In this document: positions 22,129 through 35,568 of the stretch, piece by piece
Layout of the letters: each line of letters begins with the position of its first letter
Numbering within the stretch: position 1 is the first letter of the stretch
DNA from: Mustelus asterias
Taxonomy: Eukaryota
Length of the DNA: 64,000 nt
Assembly (NCBI RefSeq): GCF_964213995.1
Contig: NW_027590122.1
Span: forward strand, 1,116,001 to 1,180,000
Reading direction: 5' to 3'
Position numbers and translations under genes: made by a program
Notes under the pieces: model-generated
Database searches by the model: none
What the model was told of the DNA's origin: nothing
Seen by the model: the letters and a program-made list of their open reading frames with translations, nothing else

Positions 22129-24082
22129 AAGTGACAGCACAGTGCCGCCAACTGGCCTGTGTGCAATGTTCCACTGCGCTGTGTTGCTGCAGGTTATAAT
22201 GATTAGACTGAGAGCCCATATAATTTAATACAAGAATACATCCGTTACTTTCAGCCTGACATCTCAACTTGTATTTCAAAATTGAAACGCATTCGTCCGG
22301 CAAATGTCGAAGGGAGCAATCATTTCTGCTCAATCAATAACATTTCATTCTGATCTTGCTGCGAATAATTTCAACCAATGATACTCAGCATTTATTTCAT
22401 TGAATCATAGAATCCCTACAGTGCAGAAAAGGCCCAACGAATCTGCGGCAATGCCAGGGTATCGTAACGAGGCCCTTTCCCCCGTTTTTCCCCCCGTAAC
22501 GTTGCTTTTTTCAAATGGCTAATCTATCTAACACAAGGGGAAATTTCGCATGCCCAATCCAGCTAAACTGCGCATCTTCATTCAATATTTAATATTTATC
22601 CAATTCTTTAATATATCGGTCCTAATTCTGAATTTAATATCTCTGAGATGTACAATCGGTTTGTCTGCATTGTTCAACTCCGCTCTGTTGCTGCAGGTTC
22701 TAATGGTTAGACTGAGAGCCCATGTACCTCAATATAAGAAAACAACCGTTACTTTCAACCTGATGTCTCAACTTATCTTGAATTTCAAAATTTAAAAGCG
22801 TTCGTCCGGCAAATGTCGAAGGGAGCAATGATTTCTGCTCAAGCATGAATGCATCATCTTGTCAAATAATTTCAACCAGTTATATTCAATATTTGTTCGT
22901 TATTCAACATTTAATTACGATGCATCTATTGAACACAGATGTCCTCATTCTGAATTGAATATCTCTATAACATACAACATTGAATTGAAAACATGACTGA
23001 CCAACAAAAGAAATCGAGTCACTGGGTAATACACATGCCATGCTGCTTATGTGAGATTGACCGCAGTCAGCTTTTAAGCAAAATCAAATATCGTTCAAGG
23101 GAAGAGATTTAAGGATGATCTGTTAGTTATACTTGATCCCTCTTTTTTTTCTGTTTGTGAAACATTCTGGCGCCTAAATTTCGTGTATCGATAGGAATTC
23201 CAGCAGGTCCGCACTGAGTCTCGATTTCCTCATCGGTCCAAGTAGTCTTTCCAATTTCTTTATCATGAGGAACAATTTTAAAAAGATGTTTCTGGGAAAT
23301 GTGCGCCATTTCCTCCAGTTTAATTACAGTTTCACTTATGTCTGTCTTTATGCACACGCAATACTATCAGGCATGTTTCAGATGGTGATGAACTATGTTA
23401 GTCGGCATCCATAAATACATTAAATTCTGTTGTGGACTGAATGAGTTGCGAATATGTGTACGAACAATAGAAGTATTTATTTCCTGCCATTGCATCCTAA
23501 AATATAACATTTCGATTTTCCTAAAAGCATTTGAGTTGGCGCAACTTCTGATTTTCCGAAAACCATCTGAGTTGGTGAAACTTTGAGATTCGCATAATGC
23601 TGAGCAATCTGACATCATGCAGACTCCGCACACCCTTAATGTGAATGATCCAACTGTGTTCCTGCCGGGTTACGTACCGGGACCTCTCGCGTGCTGGAGC
23701 TGGAGTGGGCCATTTGCTCCTTCGTTAGAGCCTGTTCCTCCATTCGGTAAAATCATTGTTGATCTCCCTCACAACCGGCATCCTGCACAACCCCATATCC
23801 CTTATTTCCCTGAATTAGCACAAATCTATCAACTGCTTCGAAGAAACGGAACGACTGAATAACTAACCCTCTCCATCACAAAACCCTGAATAACTAACCC
23901 TTTTTACCATCACAAAATATTTCATATTAGTTCAAAAGTTGAATCTTGAAATATTACAGAGAAAAGATCAGAATGAAAGATGTGAGAGGAGATTGTAATG
24001 TTTGAAGGAGGTGCAGCTAAGAAGTAGAAGATTTGAATGATGGTATTGATGATTGAGAGGAACGCATTGTAACCTTAGAGAT

Positions 24083-24332
24083 AAAAGCAAATTACTGTGG
24101 ATGCTGGAATCTGAAACCAAGAGGGAAAATGCTGAACAATCTCTGCGGGTCTGGCAACATCTGTAAGGAGAGAAAAGAGCTGATGTTTCAAGTCCAGATA
24201 ACTCTTTGTCAAAGCTCAGTTAGGAATGTCAGCTTTGACAAAAGGTCACCTGGATTCGAAACGTCAACTCCTTTCTCTCCTTACAGATTCTGGCAGACCC
24301 GCAGGGATTACCCAGCATTTTCTCTTTTGGTA
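24083..24332. mobile_element. Penelope-terminus-derived foldback repeat
   Basis: Imperfect inverted repeat (~100-bp arms) centred near 24223; both strands translate CKERKEL. Confidence 0.7.
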
Positions 24333-24454
24333 ACCTTGGGGATGCTGTTGGCCCATTAATTGTAAACTTTGTAATCAGAACAAATTGAGACACCAGATTC
24401 GAACAACATTTAGCGTCATGCACGTTAAGAATCGGTGCAAGGGTTGCCGCAGTA

Positions 24455-24525
24455 GTTTGGCTATCTTAGTCGGTTGCACATCAGATGTAATCTCAAAGCT
24501 TTGGGCTCAAGCCCCACGTTGGGCG
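24455..24525 (+). pseudogene. tRNA-Lys-derived pseudogene
   Basis: 3' end gccccacgttgggcg as in tRNA-Lys(CTT); anticodon arm damaged. Confidence 0.6.
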
Positions 24526-24960
24526 CCATTGATTTTAAACTTTGCTGATTTCCTATTTGAATTCCAGCTCTCCATTCCTCCGGCAGTGACACCGCTCAAA
24601 CTGAGACTTTCTCCATCCCACTTTCTTCATCTCACAATTCCAGATTTCTGAATGAAAACTGTTAGCAATCAGGAGAAGTCAAATAGTTGAGTGTTTCATT
24701 CAGAGAGAAGTTCTTTTGTTACTTAGCCCGATAATTTTATCCAGAAATGAGTGATATTCCTGTCAATGCAAACAGGATTTTGCTTCGTATCACCATCTCC
24801 ATGGTCAGCGCTTTGCAGCCTATCACTGCCCTTCACTATCTGTGCTTGTTCTTGACCTGTTGCACAGATGACATTTCCAACTCGGAAGCAAATCTCACTC
24901 CACCGCTATTGTCAGAGCTGCTTTGGACCAGGAAGTCTTGCTGGTTTGTTTAAAAAAACA

Positions 24961-25031
24961 ATAAATCTTAATATATCGAAGGCAGTCTGCAACCATGAAA
25001 GCGCCGAATCCTAACCACGAGACCATCGGGA
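24961..25031 (-). pseudogene. tRNA-Glu(TTC) pseudogene
   Basis: tggtctcgtggttaggattcggcgctTTCa; 3' half decayed; paralog at ~37185-37252. Confidence 0.65.
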
Positions 25032-25125
25032 TCTCATCTGCCTGATTCTCCCAGGTACTGATTACAGCAATGTGCACAGCGCCAATTATCTACAGTCACA
25101 CTCTCCTTCCAGTCTGTTGAGATAG

Positions 25126-25735
25126 ACTTTATTGGATATAAAAGTTGGCATATGATGTTGCGGCTGTATAGAACGATGGTTCGGCCACATTTGGAATACT
25201 GCGTCCAGTTCTGGTCGCCACACTACCAGAAGGACGTGGAGGCTTTGGAGAGAGTGCAGAAAAGGCTTACCAGGATGTTGCCTGGTATGGAGAGTCTTAG
25301 CTATGAGGAGAGATTGGGTAAACTGGGGTTGTTCTCCCTGGAAAGACGGAGGATGAGGGACGACCGAATAGAGGTGTATAAGATTATGAAGGGCATAGAT
25401 AGAGTGAACAGTGGGAAGCTTTTTCCCAGGTCGGAGGTGACGAACGCAAGGGGTCACGGGTTCAAGGTGAGGGGGGCAAGGTTCAACACAGATGTCAGGG
25501 GGACGTATTTTACACAGAGGGTTATGGGGGCCTAGAATGCACTGCCAAGCAAGGTGATTGAGGCGGAGAAGCTGGGATCGTTTAAGACTTACCGAGATAG
25601 CCACATGAACAGACTGGGAATCGAGGGATACAAAAGAGTGGTCCAGTGGGCACATGAGCGGTGCAGGCTTGGAGGGCCGAAGGGCCTGTCCCTGTGCTGT
25701 ATTGTTCTTTGTTCTTTGTTCTTTGTTCTTTGTTA
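25126..25735 (+). mobile_element. CR1 3' end
   Basis: VRPHLEYCVQFWSPHYQKD; (ttctttg)n tail; absent from the paralogous site near 37335. Confidence 0.92.
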
Positions 25736-25828
25736 TATGAAATTGTTCATATTTTTACATCAATGTGACGAAAGCAGAACTGTGATAAGCTGATGTTGTT
25801 CAGTAGATTTACCGCAGCATGGTTTATA

Positions 25829-27357
25829 GAACAAAGAACAAAGAACAATACAGCACAGGAACAGGCCCTTCAGCCTTCCAAGCCCGCGCCGCTCCCTGGT
25901 TCCAACTAGACCATTCTTTTGTATCCCTCCATTCCCACTCCGTTCATGTGGCGATCTAGATAAGTCTTAAATGTTCCCAGTGTGTCTGCCTCCACCACCT
26001 TGCCCGGCAGCCCATTCCAGGCCCCCACCACCCTCTGTGTAAAATACGTGCTTCTGATATCCGTTTTAAAACCGCCCCCCCCCTCACCTTGAACCTATGA
26101 CCCCTCGTGAACGTCACCACCGACCTGGGAAAAAGCCTCCCACCGTTCACCCTATCTATGCCTTTCATAATTTTATACACCTCTATTAGGTCACCCCTCA
26201 TCCTCCTTCTTTCCAGTGAGAACAACCCCAGTTTACCCAATCTCTCCTCATAACTAAGCCCTTACATACCAGGCAACATCCTGGTAAATCTCCTCTGCAC
26301 TCTCTCTAAAGCCTCCACGTCCTTCTGGTAGTGTGGCGACCAGAACTGGGCGCAGTATTCCAAACGCGGCCGAACGAACGTTCTATACAACTGCAACATC
26401 AGACCCCAACTTATATACTCTATGCCCCGTCCTATAAAGGCAAGCATGCCATATGCCTTATTCACTACCTTCTCCACCTGTGACGTCACCTTCAAGGATC
26501 TGTGGACTTGCACACCCAGGTCCCTCTGCGTATCTACACACTTTATGATTCTGCCATTCATCGTCTAGCTCCCCCCTACGTTAGTTCTACCAAAATGCAT
26601 CACTTCGCATTTATCAGGATTTAACTCCATCTGCCATTTCTTTGCCCACATTTCCAGCCTATCTATATCCTTCTGTAGCCTCTGACAATGTTCCTCACTA
26701 TCTGCAAGTCCAGCCATTTTTGTGTCGTCCGCAAACTTACTGATCACCCCAGTTACACCTTCTTCCAGATCGTTTATATAAATCCCAAACAGCAGAGGTC
26801 CCAATACAGAGCCCTGCGGAACACCACTAGTCACAGGCACCCAGCCGGAAAAATACCCTTCCACTACCACCCTCTATCTTTTGTGACCAAGCCAGTTCTC
26901 CACCCATCTAGCCACCTTCCCCTTTATCCCATGACATCCAACCTTTTGCACCAACTTACCATAAGGGACTTTGACAAACGCTTTACTAAAGTCCAGATAG
27001 ACGACATCCACGACCCTTCCCTCGTCAACCATTCTAGTCACTTCTTCAAAAAACTCCACCAGGTTAGTGAGGCAGGATCTCCCTCTCACAAAACCATGCT
27101 GACTATCGTTAATGAGTTTATTCCTTTCTAAATGCGCACACATCCTATCTCTAAGAATCCTCTCCAACAACTTCCCGACCACGGACGTCAAGCTCACCGG
27201 CCTATAATTTCCTGGGTTTTCCTTCCTACCCTTCTTAAATAACGGGACCACATTAGCTATCCTCCAATCCTCTGGGACGTCACCTGTGTCCAGTGAGGAG
27301 ACAAAGATTTGTGTCAGAGGCCCAGCGATTTCATCTCTCGTCTCCCTGAGCAGCCTG
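25829..27357 (-). mobile_element. CR1 RT and 3' end
   Basis: NYRPVSLTSVVGK, QHGF, GVPQGSVLGP, FADD; (gaacaaa)n tail. Confidence 0.95.
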
Positions 27358-28265
27358 GTGCGTCGAACTGCAGATCCTGAGGGACCGTGTCAGGGAATTG
27401 GAGCAGCGGCTTGATGACCTTAGGGACAATGAGAGACAAATAGACATGAGTTATAGGCGAGTACTTACACCGGGGCCTCAGGGGGAAGACACGTGGGTTA
27501 CAGTTAGGAGGAGTAAAGGTCATAAGCGTAACGTACCAGAGAGTACTCCAGTGGCTGTCTCGCATAATAGGAAGGGCTCGGCGACAGGTGAGAGAGGGGA
27601 GGGGTGTGAGCAATTAGTGGTGGGGGCACCTGTGGTTGTCCCCCTCCAAAACAGGTATATTGTTTTGGATAGTGTGGAGGAGGATGACTCTCCAGGGGTA
27701 AGCCACAGTGACCAGGTCACTGGCACACAATCAGGCTCTGTGGCCCGGAAAGGAAAGCGAGGGATTAGGAGAGCAATAGTGATGGGGGACGCGTCGGTTA
27801 GAGGCACGGACAGGCGATTCTGTGGGTGCGAACAGGACTCCAGGATGGTAGTCTGCCTCCCTGGTGCTGGGGTACTGGATGTCTCCGAGCGGATAGGAGG
27901 CATATTAAAAGGGGAGGATAAAGAAACGGATGTCATTGTACACATTGGTGCAAATGACGTAGATAGAAAGAGCAGTGGGATCCTACGAGAGCACTTCAGG
28001 GAGTTGGGAAATAGGCTAAAAAGTAGGGCCTCCAGAGTGGCAATCTCTGAGCTGCTCCCAATGCCTAGTGCCAGTGAGACTAGGAATAGGGAGATAGTAC
28101 AAGTGAACGCTTAGCTGAAGGACTGGTCCAGGAGTTAGGGCTTCATGTTCCTGGATCACTGGGAAGTTTTCAAGAGAGGAGGGCACCTGTACAAGAAGGA
28201 CGGGTCACAACTAAATTGGAAGGGCACGAATATCCTGGTTGGGACTTTTGCTCGTGCAGTTCGAT
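27358..28265 (+). mobile_element. CR1 ORF1 fragment, inverted relative to the adjacent RT part
   Basis: IVMGDASVRGTDRRFCG, VCLPGA, VHIGAND esterase-like blocks. Confidence 0.88.
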
Positions 28266-28479
28266 GCTAATATTGCTCATTGAATATGGTGAGTTACAGT
28301 GAAATTTAGTGCATTTGAATGTAGCTTACTCATTTTTACAAGAGGAACAAGTAAGGGGAATGTAAATATGAATTGCTGTGCGCAATTGACGGGATTATGC
28401 AACAGGACTGATATTTCTCCCTGCTGTTCAAATCGGCACAAGTATTGAACGACCATTTTCAGGGGGCTGTTGCGTGCTC

Positions 28480-28551
28480 GGTTCTGTGGTGTAATGGTGA
28501 GCAATCAAGAATTTAAATTCCACGATCCGAGTTGAAGTCTCGGCGGACCTT
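28480..28551 (+). pseudogene. tRNA-Gln pseudogene
   Basis: ggttctgtggtgtaatggtgagca...gatccgagttgaagtctcgg; anticodon arm broken. Confidence 0.7.
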
Positions 28552-29223
28552 TGCTGCAATATGCTACTGTAGATGATTGAAATGCTGAAGGGCGTTTCGT
28601 TTAATTTTCTCGTAAAGTACAAATCGAGAGAACAATTTGTCAGCCAATTCAACTGCTATTACAATACACATTGCTGAGCCTCTGGCGGCAGATGCCTGAA
28701 ACGTCAGTGATTTTCATCTTTTCGCCACTCTTCAATGAAAGGAGAAGTTGGCGTCACACAAGAACAATTCGACGACAGTCTGGCAATTATTGAGCAAGTG
28801 TATGTGTGTGTGTGTGTGTGTGTGGGTGCGTGTGAGGGAGAGAGTGCGTAGGTACGTGTGTGTTTTTTTGGAGAAAGTCTACTGTCTTCGGTCAGAGTGC
28901 TGTCGATTCCATGGTGCAACGGTTCGTACTCTGGCCTCTCGCCTCCGAACTCTTGTTTAAATTGGGACAGATAACTGAGTGAATGACTCCTGTAGGTGCA
29001 CCCCTTGCCCACTGTGGCTTCCCTGCCCCTCAGCGCTTTCTATTCTTGAGCGATCGTTCTCTGGGGCTGATGAAAAGACGCCAAAGTGTCATTCACTGCA
29101 TCGTCTGCAACATGACTGTGGTGGAATTTGCTGAAATTTCCTCAGTGTTTAGATTTCCACTTCCAGAGAATTTAAAATTAAATGCCCTTCAGCAAACGCA
29201 TCATCGGTTTGCACAAAAAAAAA

Positions 29224-29295
29224 ATCTTTCACCGAGTTCTGAACTCCGATTACTGCAGTCGGAGTCCAGAGCGCTCACCATTACACCACAGAACC
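29224..29295 (-). pseudogene. tRNA-Gln pseudogene
   Basis: ggttctgtggtgtaatggtgagcgctctggact...; mutated anticodon and 3' acceptor. Confidence 0.7.
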
Positions 29296-29944
29296 AGGAA
29301 CAGAGCCGCGAGATGCAAATGATCACTCAAAGCATGTGACCTTTTTCATTCTATGCGGCAGCAACAGCAAGTGGCTGAAATGCTTTGAGTGTCCATTTGC
29401 AGCTGGCTGCTATGTTGTAGGTTCCCTGCTCTAATGGTGAGCATTATTCTAATCTACAGAGAAAACAGGCTCGTCCCACTGAATCTCTCCTCGCAGACAA
29501 CCGTCTCATCACAGGATTAAATCCAGTGAACCTTGATTAAGCATAGACAGCGAGAGAATAGAGGGAGCAAAGAGCAAAAGAGGGAACAGTGATCGATGCA
29601 CGGACCGAGAGACTGAGGAGCAAAAGAGTCTGAGACAGGTCTCCAGTGACAAAAAGAGACAGAGAGGGACAGAGAGTGGGGCAGACACCCACAACCCAAT
29701 ATACATAAAACAGCTGTCTGAACCCACACGCATGGGGTCATCTGAATGGGTGAATAAGGATTAAGTGAGTGTCCACAAGCATTGCCACCTTTTGTAAATA
29801 TTTGGATTCTCTGTGAGTTTGTTATGCGAACAGAAGCCTTGCAGTGTGTGCTCAGATTCTCAAATCATACCCCAAGTGAACCAATTCCGCCATGTCACGG
29901 GAAATAAAATAACAAAATTGACAACTTCTCCGTTACAAAACAAC

Positions 29945-30033
29945 TACTTGTTCAGAATTTGAACCTAGAACTTCTTGAAAACTTGCGAATTTTAACACCG
30001 AAAGCAGGAATCACACCCCGAGACCAATACACA
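29945..30033 (-). pseudogene. Intron-containing tRNA-Pro pseudogene (decayed paralog of 48614-48703)
   Basis: ttggtctcggggtgtgattcctgctttcgg plus the same insert tgttaaaattcgcaag. Confidence 0.6.
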
Positions 30034-30719
30034 ATCGCGAATAGCAGCCACGCCAACTAAATATAAGCTCATTACCATCTGAAAGCGGATCAGGCATCTG
30101 CACTGAAATGTGATAAATGTTAGAAACACTCAAGAAGTCAGACAGCGTGTGTGCATAGGGAAACAAAGATGAACTTTCACCTCCATGACCTTTCATTAAC
30201 ATTGGGAATGTTTAGAAAAATAGGAAGTTTAATCCAAGTGAAATCTCGCAGTGAGGAAACATAAAAACATCTGCGAGGGTGGAAACCAGGAGAAAATAAA
30301 TGAGGGAATTAGAGATTCACAGAATGAATCCACTACAGAATGAGACGATCACAAAGTTACTTGCGCGACTCACATGCGTTGTGGGTGAAGGGGAACCAGA
30401 GGATGTACGGTACACATATTTCAACAGAGCCGCAGTGAAGAGGTTGGAAGGCTTGAAAATTGAAAGTTGCAAATAGAAACATGGGAACATTGGAATTGGG
30501 AGCAGATGTCGGCAAATTCAGCCCTTTGGTCCTGCTCCGCCATTCAATCAGATCATGGGGGTTGATCTCTCGCTCGTCTGAAATCCAGATCCCCACCTGT
30601 TCTCCATGTCCCTTTGATGCGTTTTTCTTTATCAGCATTATACCTATCCCTTCTTGAAATCATTCAACGATTCAGACTCCACCGCGCTATTGGGCAGCAG
30701 GTTCCACCAACTCACCACC

Positions 30720-32058
30720 CTCTGCAATTTCACGTATCATCGATTCCGTGATACATCGAACTCAATCCGTGTTGTCATTGGCTGAAGGAGGTAATTATGT
30801 TCCATCCAAACAGGACATTTTGAAGGAGAAACGTGTCACAAGTGAAAAAGATCTGAGATGAAAATAATAAGCAAAGGGATAGATGTTAAGTCAGTTTGAA
30901 AAACACAGTTCACCGGTTTCCAAAAGTCCAGTAGTTTGTGTTCAGGCACCACCCCGCCCCCGCACCCCCCCCCCCCCCCATCCCCGCGATGTATGTTTTC
31001 AATCCCCGCTTCGGAAAAGAAGATTATTTGCTCTCAGAAAACCATTAATAATGAGCTGATTTACTCTTTGATCGAAAGCAGATCTACTAGAATCAGCCGA
31101 GTGAGGTTTGCAAGTTTATATCAGAGCTGGAAATTTCACATGTGCAACAGTTCAAGAACAAACACAGAAAGAGAAGGACAGTGATAGGGTGCATTGTACG
31201 AACTGTTGAGATGTTGTTGCAAGGTAAAATCTGTCTGGTAATGGGTCAGATATATCCCTTTAATGTTTTTTTTCTATATCAGAAATATATCTATTCCCTC
31301 TTGAAATCATTCAACAATTCAGTCTCCACCGCGCTATGGGGCAGCGAGTTCCACCAATTCACCACCCTCTGCAAAAAGTAGTTCCTCCTCATCTCAGTTT
31401 AAATCTACCAGCTCTCAAATTATACACGTGACCTCTTGTTCGAGGTTGCCCCATAAGAAGAAACTTTTGATCCACCTTTACTTTATCTATCCATTTAGAA
31501 TTTTATATCCCTTGATCAGATCCCCCCTCATCCTCCTAAACTTCAGCAGCTTGTAGGACCATTTCACCTCACTGTCAATTCCATGATTCAACGAACTCAA
31601 TCCGTGTTGTCATTGGCTGAAGGGGGCAATTATGTTCCATCCAAACAGGACATTTTGAAGGAGAAATGTGTCGCAAGTGAAAAAAATGTGAGATGAAAAT
31701 AATAAGCGATGGGATATATGTTAAGTCAGTTTGAAAAACACAGTTCATCGGTTTCCCTGGTAGTCCAGTGGTTTGTGTTCAGCACTCCCCCAGTGATGTC
31801 TGCTTTTAATTCCCGCTCAGAAAAACAAGATTATTTGCTCTCAGCAAACCATTAATAATGATCTGATTTACTCTCTGATCGAAAGCAGATCTATTAGAAT
31901 CAGCCGAGTGAGGTTTGCAAGTTTATATCAGAGCTGGAAATTTCACATGTGCAACAGTTCAAGAACAAACACAGAAAGAGGAGGACAGTGATAGGCTGCA
32001 AAGTACTAACGGTTGAGATGTTGTTGCAAGGTAAAATCTGTCTGGTAATGGGTCAGAG
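30720..32058 (+). repeat. Local duplication (~30720-31248 vs ~31555-32058) carrying a tRNA-Glu relic; third copy ~49545-50520
   Basis: Near-identical text, e.g. both translate MQQFKNKHRKRRTVIGC. Confidence 0.85.
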
Positions 32059-32769
32059 TTTACCGATTAAATTGACACTAAATAATGAAACTTTTCCCTC
32101 ACTCTGCATTGAAAAACATTTGGAAATATTTCTGTCCGGTTTCGAATCGTCGGAAGCGAAAGTGATAATTGCACTGGAGTGTTCGTGGTATGCTGTCATT
32201 AGCTGAAGACATCACTGGTGTTGAAGGAGAAGGTGTCATTTTGCAGGAGAAAGCTGTTTGTGGTGAAAGTGGTCTGGCGTGAAAATTAAAGGAAGAAAAG
32301 CAACGGGGATTAATTAAATTCTAAAACACGCTGTAAGCTGCTGGTCTGGTGGTTAGAGTTTGACTCTTTCCCTGTTGTTTAGATTACTGGTCTGGAATTG
32401 AAGATTTATTACTCTCATCCAAACTGTGAAAACAAATGTCAGTTATTGCCTGGATGAACATCTGAAACATAATTTCGCCTCGTGTCCTGAAGTGCAGTCC
32501 TTGAGCAAATTCAACAGGAGGTTCTCTTGTCATTTCTGGCAGGAAATTCGGAAGAGAAGAGCTTAAGGAAAGTTTAAATGATGCCGTCCCTTCACTGCAG
32601 CTCATTGTGTTTCTGACGTGAGATGATTTCTGTTTGTGACGCAGTTCAGACTTACCTGAATCAGTGAAGGAGCAGCTCATGCCTCCGGATGGCCTTTCCA
32701 AGTTCCATTGCTTTTAGTGAATTTCAGTAACATTATAATTAAATAACATGATCGCGATATGCTTCACGT

Positions 32770-32852
32770 GCTAGCGTGGCCGGGCGGTCTAAAGTATTGG
32801 GTTAAAGCTACAGTCTCTGACGGAGGCGTGGGTTCGAATCCCACAGCTGCTA
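32770..32852 (+). pseudogene. tRNA-Leu(AAG-type) pseudogene
   Basis: tagcgtggccgggcggtctaa...ggaggcgtgggttcgaatcccac; long variable arm; anticodon stem mismatched. Confidence 0.8.
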
Positions 32853-33029
32853 AGATTTGAGTTTTTGGTCTAACAGCTCAGATTGAGTGCAGGAGTGTGT
32901 GCTGTGTCGTTTTCGTCATGAACAACGAGCAGAGACATTACCAACTGAAAACGTTGCTGGGGTAAAGCACCGTGTGTGCAAGTGGCTCCTTTCGAGAGCA
33001 CACACAGGCTGAATTTCTGACTGCCGAGT

Positions 33030-33160
33030 TGAACAACCTGATGAAGGAGCAGTGCTCCTGAAAGCTCGCAATTCCAAATAGGCTTGTTGGAATTTAATCT
33101 GGTGTTGTGAGAATTCTTACTGTACCCACTCCAGTCCAACGCCGGCATCTTTGCATCATG
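33030..33160 (+). mobile_element. Penelope terminal fragment with hammerhead-like core
   Basis: ctgatga-aggagcagtgctcct-gaaagctc followed by the same tail as 46095-46143. Confidence 0.75.
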
Positions 33161-33864
33161 ATATAAATAACAGGATTACAAAGAGTGAGACTGTATTCCC
33201 TGCCCAGGAATTAAGGTGATGGACTTCAATTTTCGAACTGAAGTTCAAATGCTATGATGTACACTCCCTATCATTCCTCGTTCTAACCAGATATTTACAG
33301 AATTAACCTGGCTCCTGTGATAACCGCTGCACTACAGAAACATGGTGATGACCTCAGGGCAAGCAGATCCGGTTTCCTGGAGAAACAACGACACTGGCTC
33401 CAGAAGCCCATCTTTTGCCCACAGCAATTGATATTACATTGTCTTTGCTGATTTCTCCTGTCAAAATGAATAATGATACTTCCTACTGCATTAAAGTTTC
33501 ATAATAACATGTTCAAGAAAAAGTATTCATGACGTTCAAAGCAAATCAACTGAACACCTGAAATTTGCAGCATTTGATCACTTTCCCCCACAAATGTTGC
33601 TGCCTCGAATTCAATGCCTCAGAACACTCACCAACGCTTTTAACAGAGGTGATCCCTATCACATCTGGTGCTGCAGGGAACGGAATTAATGGAGTAGGAT
33701 TGGCTCACATGTCTCATGGAGTCTCCTCTACAATTTAAGGATATCAGGACGAATCTCAGGACTCAACATCAATTTCCAAACGTATCCTGATGGCCCTTCA
33801 TTCCCTTAGATTCCAAAAATATCTCCCCCTGAAACTTCAATATCCTCATTAACTGAGGATCCAC

Positions 33865-34265
33865 AGACCTCTGGCAAAGGGCCATCCAGACTCGAAACCT
33901 TGGCTCTATCCTCTCTCCATAGATGCTGCCAGACCTCCTGAGATGTTCCAGCATTGTCTGTTTTTGTTTTAGCTTCCAGCATCCGCAATATTTTGCTTTT
34001 ACCGCCACCATTTACATTCTATTTGATTTTAATTTCTAGCACAACTTTGTCAACTCTTACCCACAGCTCCCACCCTCACCCCCCGCATCTCCCACACTTA
34101 AATTGTAAATCTCGTCCTCTTTTCCTGTCTTCAGCTTTGATGACTGGCCATACAGATTTGAAATGTTGGCTCTATCCTCTCTCCAGAGATGCCGTCATGC
34201 CTGTTGATATTTTCCAGCATTTTCAGTTTCTTTTTTTAAGTTCCAGCGCTTGCAGTAATTTGCTG
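33865..34265 (+). mobile_element. Two tandem copies of a Penelope-type terminal repeat
   Basis: Repeated gatgctgccagacct..ccagcatt..tttttgtttt block, same family as 24083 and 35280. Confidence 0.6.
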
Positions 34266-34382
34266 TTGGCTGAAGGAGTCATTCGTGTTCTATCTAACAT
34301 GAGTTTTTTTTCGACAAACCTTTCTCGAGTATTTGAAAAACGATGTAATGTATCGGTCAGGTTAAAGCCCTGGCTCGCTTTT

Positions 34383-34454
34383 TCTCCAGTGGTCTAGTGG
34401 TTAGGATTCGGCGCTTTCACCGGCGCGGCCCGGGTTCGATTCACGGTCAGGGGA
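34383..34454 (+). tRNA. tRNA-Glu(TTC), probably non-functional
   Basis: A and B boxes intact (tggtctagtgg, ggttcgattc); acceptor, anticodon and T stems carry mismatches. Confidence 0.75.
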
Positions 34455-35279
34455 TGTAGACTTTATTGCTGCCGACCAGCACATGATTTTGGAGGGGCTG
34501 AAATTACTTACTGATCGAAAACAGGAGTGATCATTGTGCCAGTTTGAACTACCTGGAGAAGCAAAATAAACCCATTTGCACAATCCCGTCTATTGTCCCC
34601 GGCAATTTATGTTTACATTCCCCTTGCTGCTTCCTCCTGTCAAAATGAATAATAATGCATTCTGCTCCACTAAATTTCACTGTAGCTCACCAGATTCAAA
34701 GATCATTCGTAACCTCTGCGTCTTCAGTAGCTTCTTGTGGGAAATCTGCTCATCAACATCAGCTGATCACAGCTCTGCTGTGATTTCAGAGATTTGTATG
34801 TCACTGGTCATCATTTCTGTCTCCATTGCTTTCTTCCAGGTCACTGTCGCTAGAGATATAGTCACAAAACCATTCTACCTTCTGCAGCAAATGATATACT
34901 CTTCCTTTGCTTTCAGATACTTTCACCTCCAGAAGCTGATTACATGCGGAGTGAAATGCTCTGTTTAGTTGAGTTTATCAGAAATTCCGGGCGTTTGCGG
35001 TGAAAGCATTGACTCTGAACGACTTGATCACAAGGCCTCCACGATCACCAGATAAATGTTGCCTTATCCATCACTCCTTGTGTCATTTAATCATCCTCCC
35101 TTGCTGTCTATCACAGACCATCCCTTTTGTCCTTTTCACAGGCTGACCCGTGACTTGCCCATCAGAAAATGTTGGAAATACTCGGCAGGTCAGTAAATGT
35201 TTCGTGACAAATGCGCGATTAGTTCTGAAAGCCGAATAGCTCTGAAATTGAAAACATTTGAAAATGTTTCTGCAAAGGA

Positions 35280-35482
35280 AAAATACTACTGATGCTGGAA
35301 CCTGAAACACAATCAGAACATACTGGAAATTCTCAGCAGGTCTGGCAGTATCTATGCAGAGAAAACAGAGCCAGTGTGTCGAATCAGGATCTCTGATGAC
35401 GAGTCATCCGGACTTGAAACGTTGGTTCTATTCTCTCCCCTCAAATGCTGTCAGACCTGCTGAAATTTTCCAGAAATGTCTG
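35280..35482. mobile_element. Penelope-terminus foldback with hammerhead-like core (35393-35423)
   Basis: Inverted arms ctggaaattctcagcaggtctggcag / ctgtcagacctgctgaaattttccag; CTGATGA..GAAACGTT core. Confidence 0.65.
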
Positions 35483-35495
35483 TTGTTGTTGAAAA

Positions 35496-35568
35496 TGTTT
35501 CTGCCTGGGATTGGGCCGGGAGCTTTTCGCGTGGAAGGCGAACGTGAGAACCACTACACGACAGAAAC
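35496..35568 (-). pseudogene. tRNA-Val pseudogene
   Basis: gtttctgtcgtgtagtggttctcacgttcgccttccacgcgaaa; anticodon mutated, B box lost. Confidence 0.7.
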
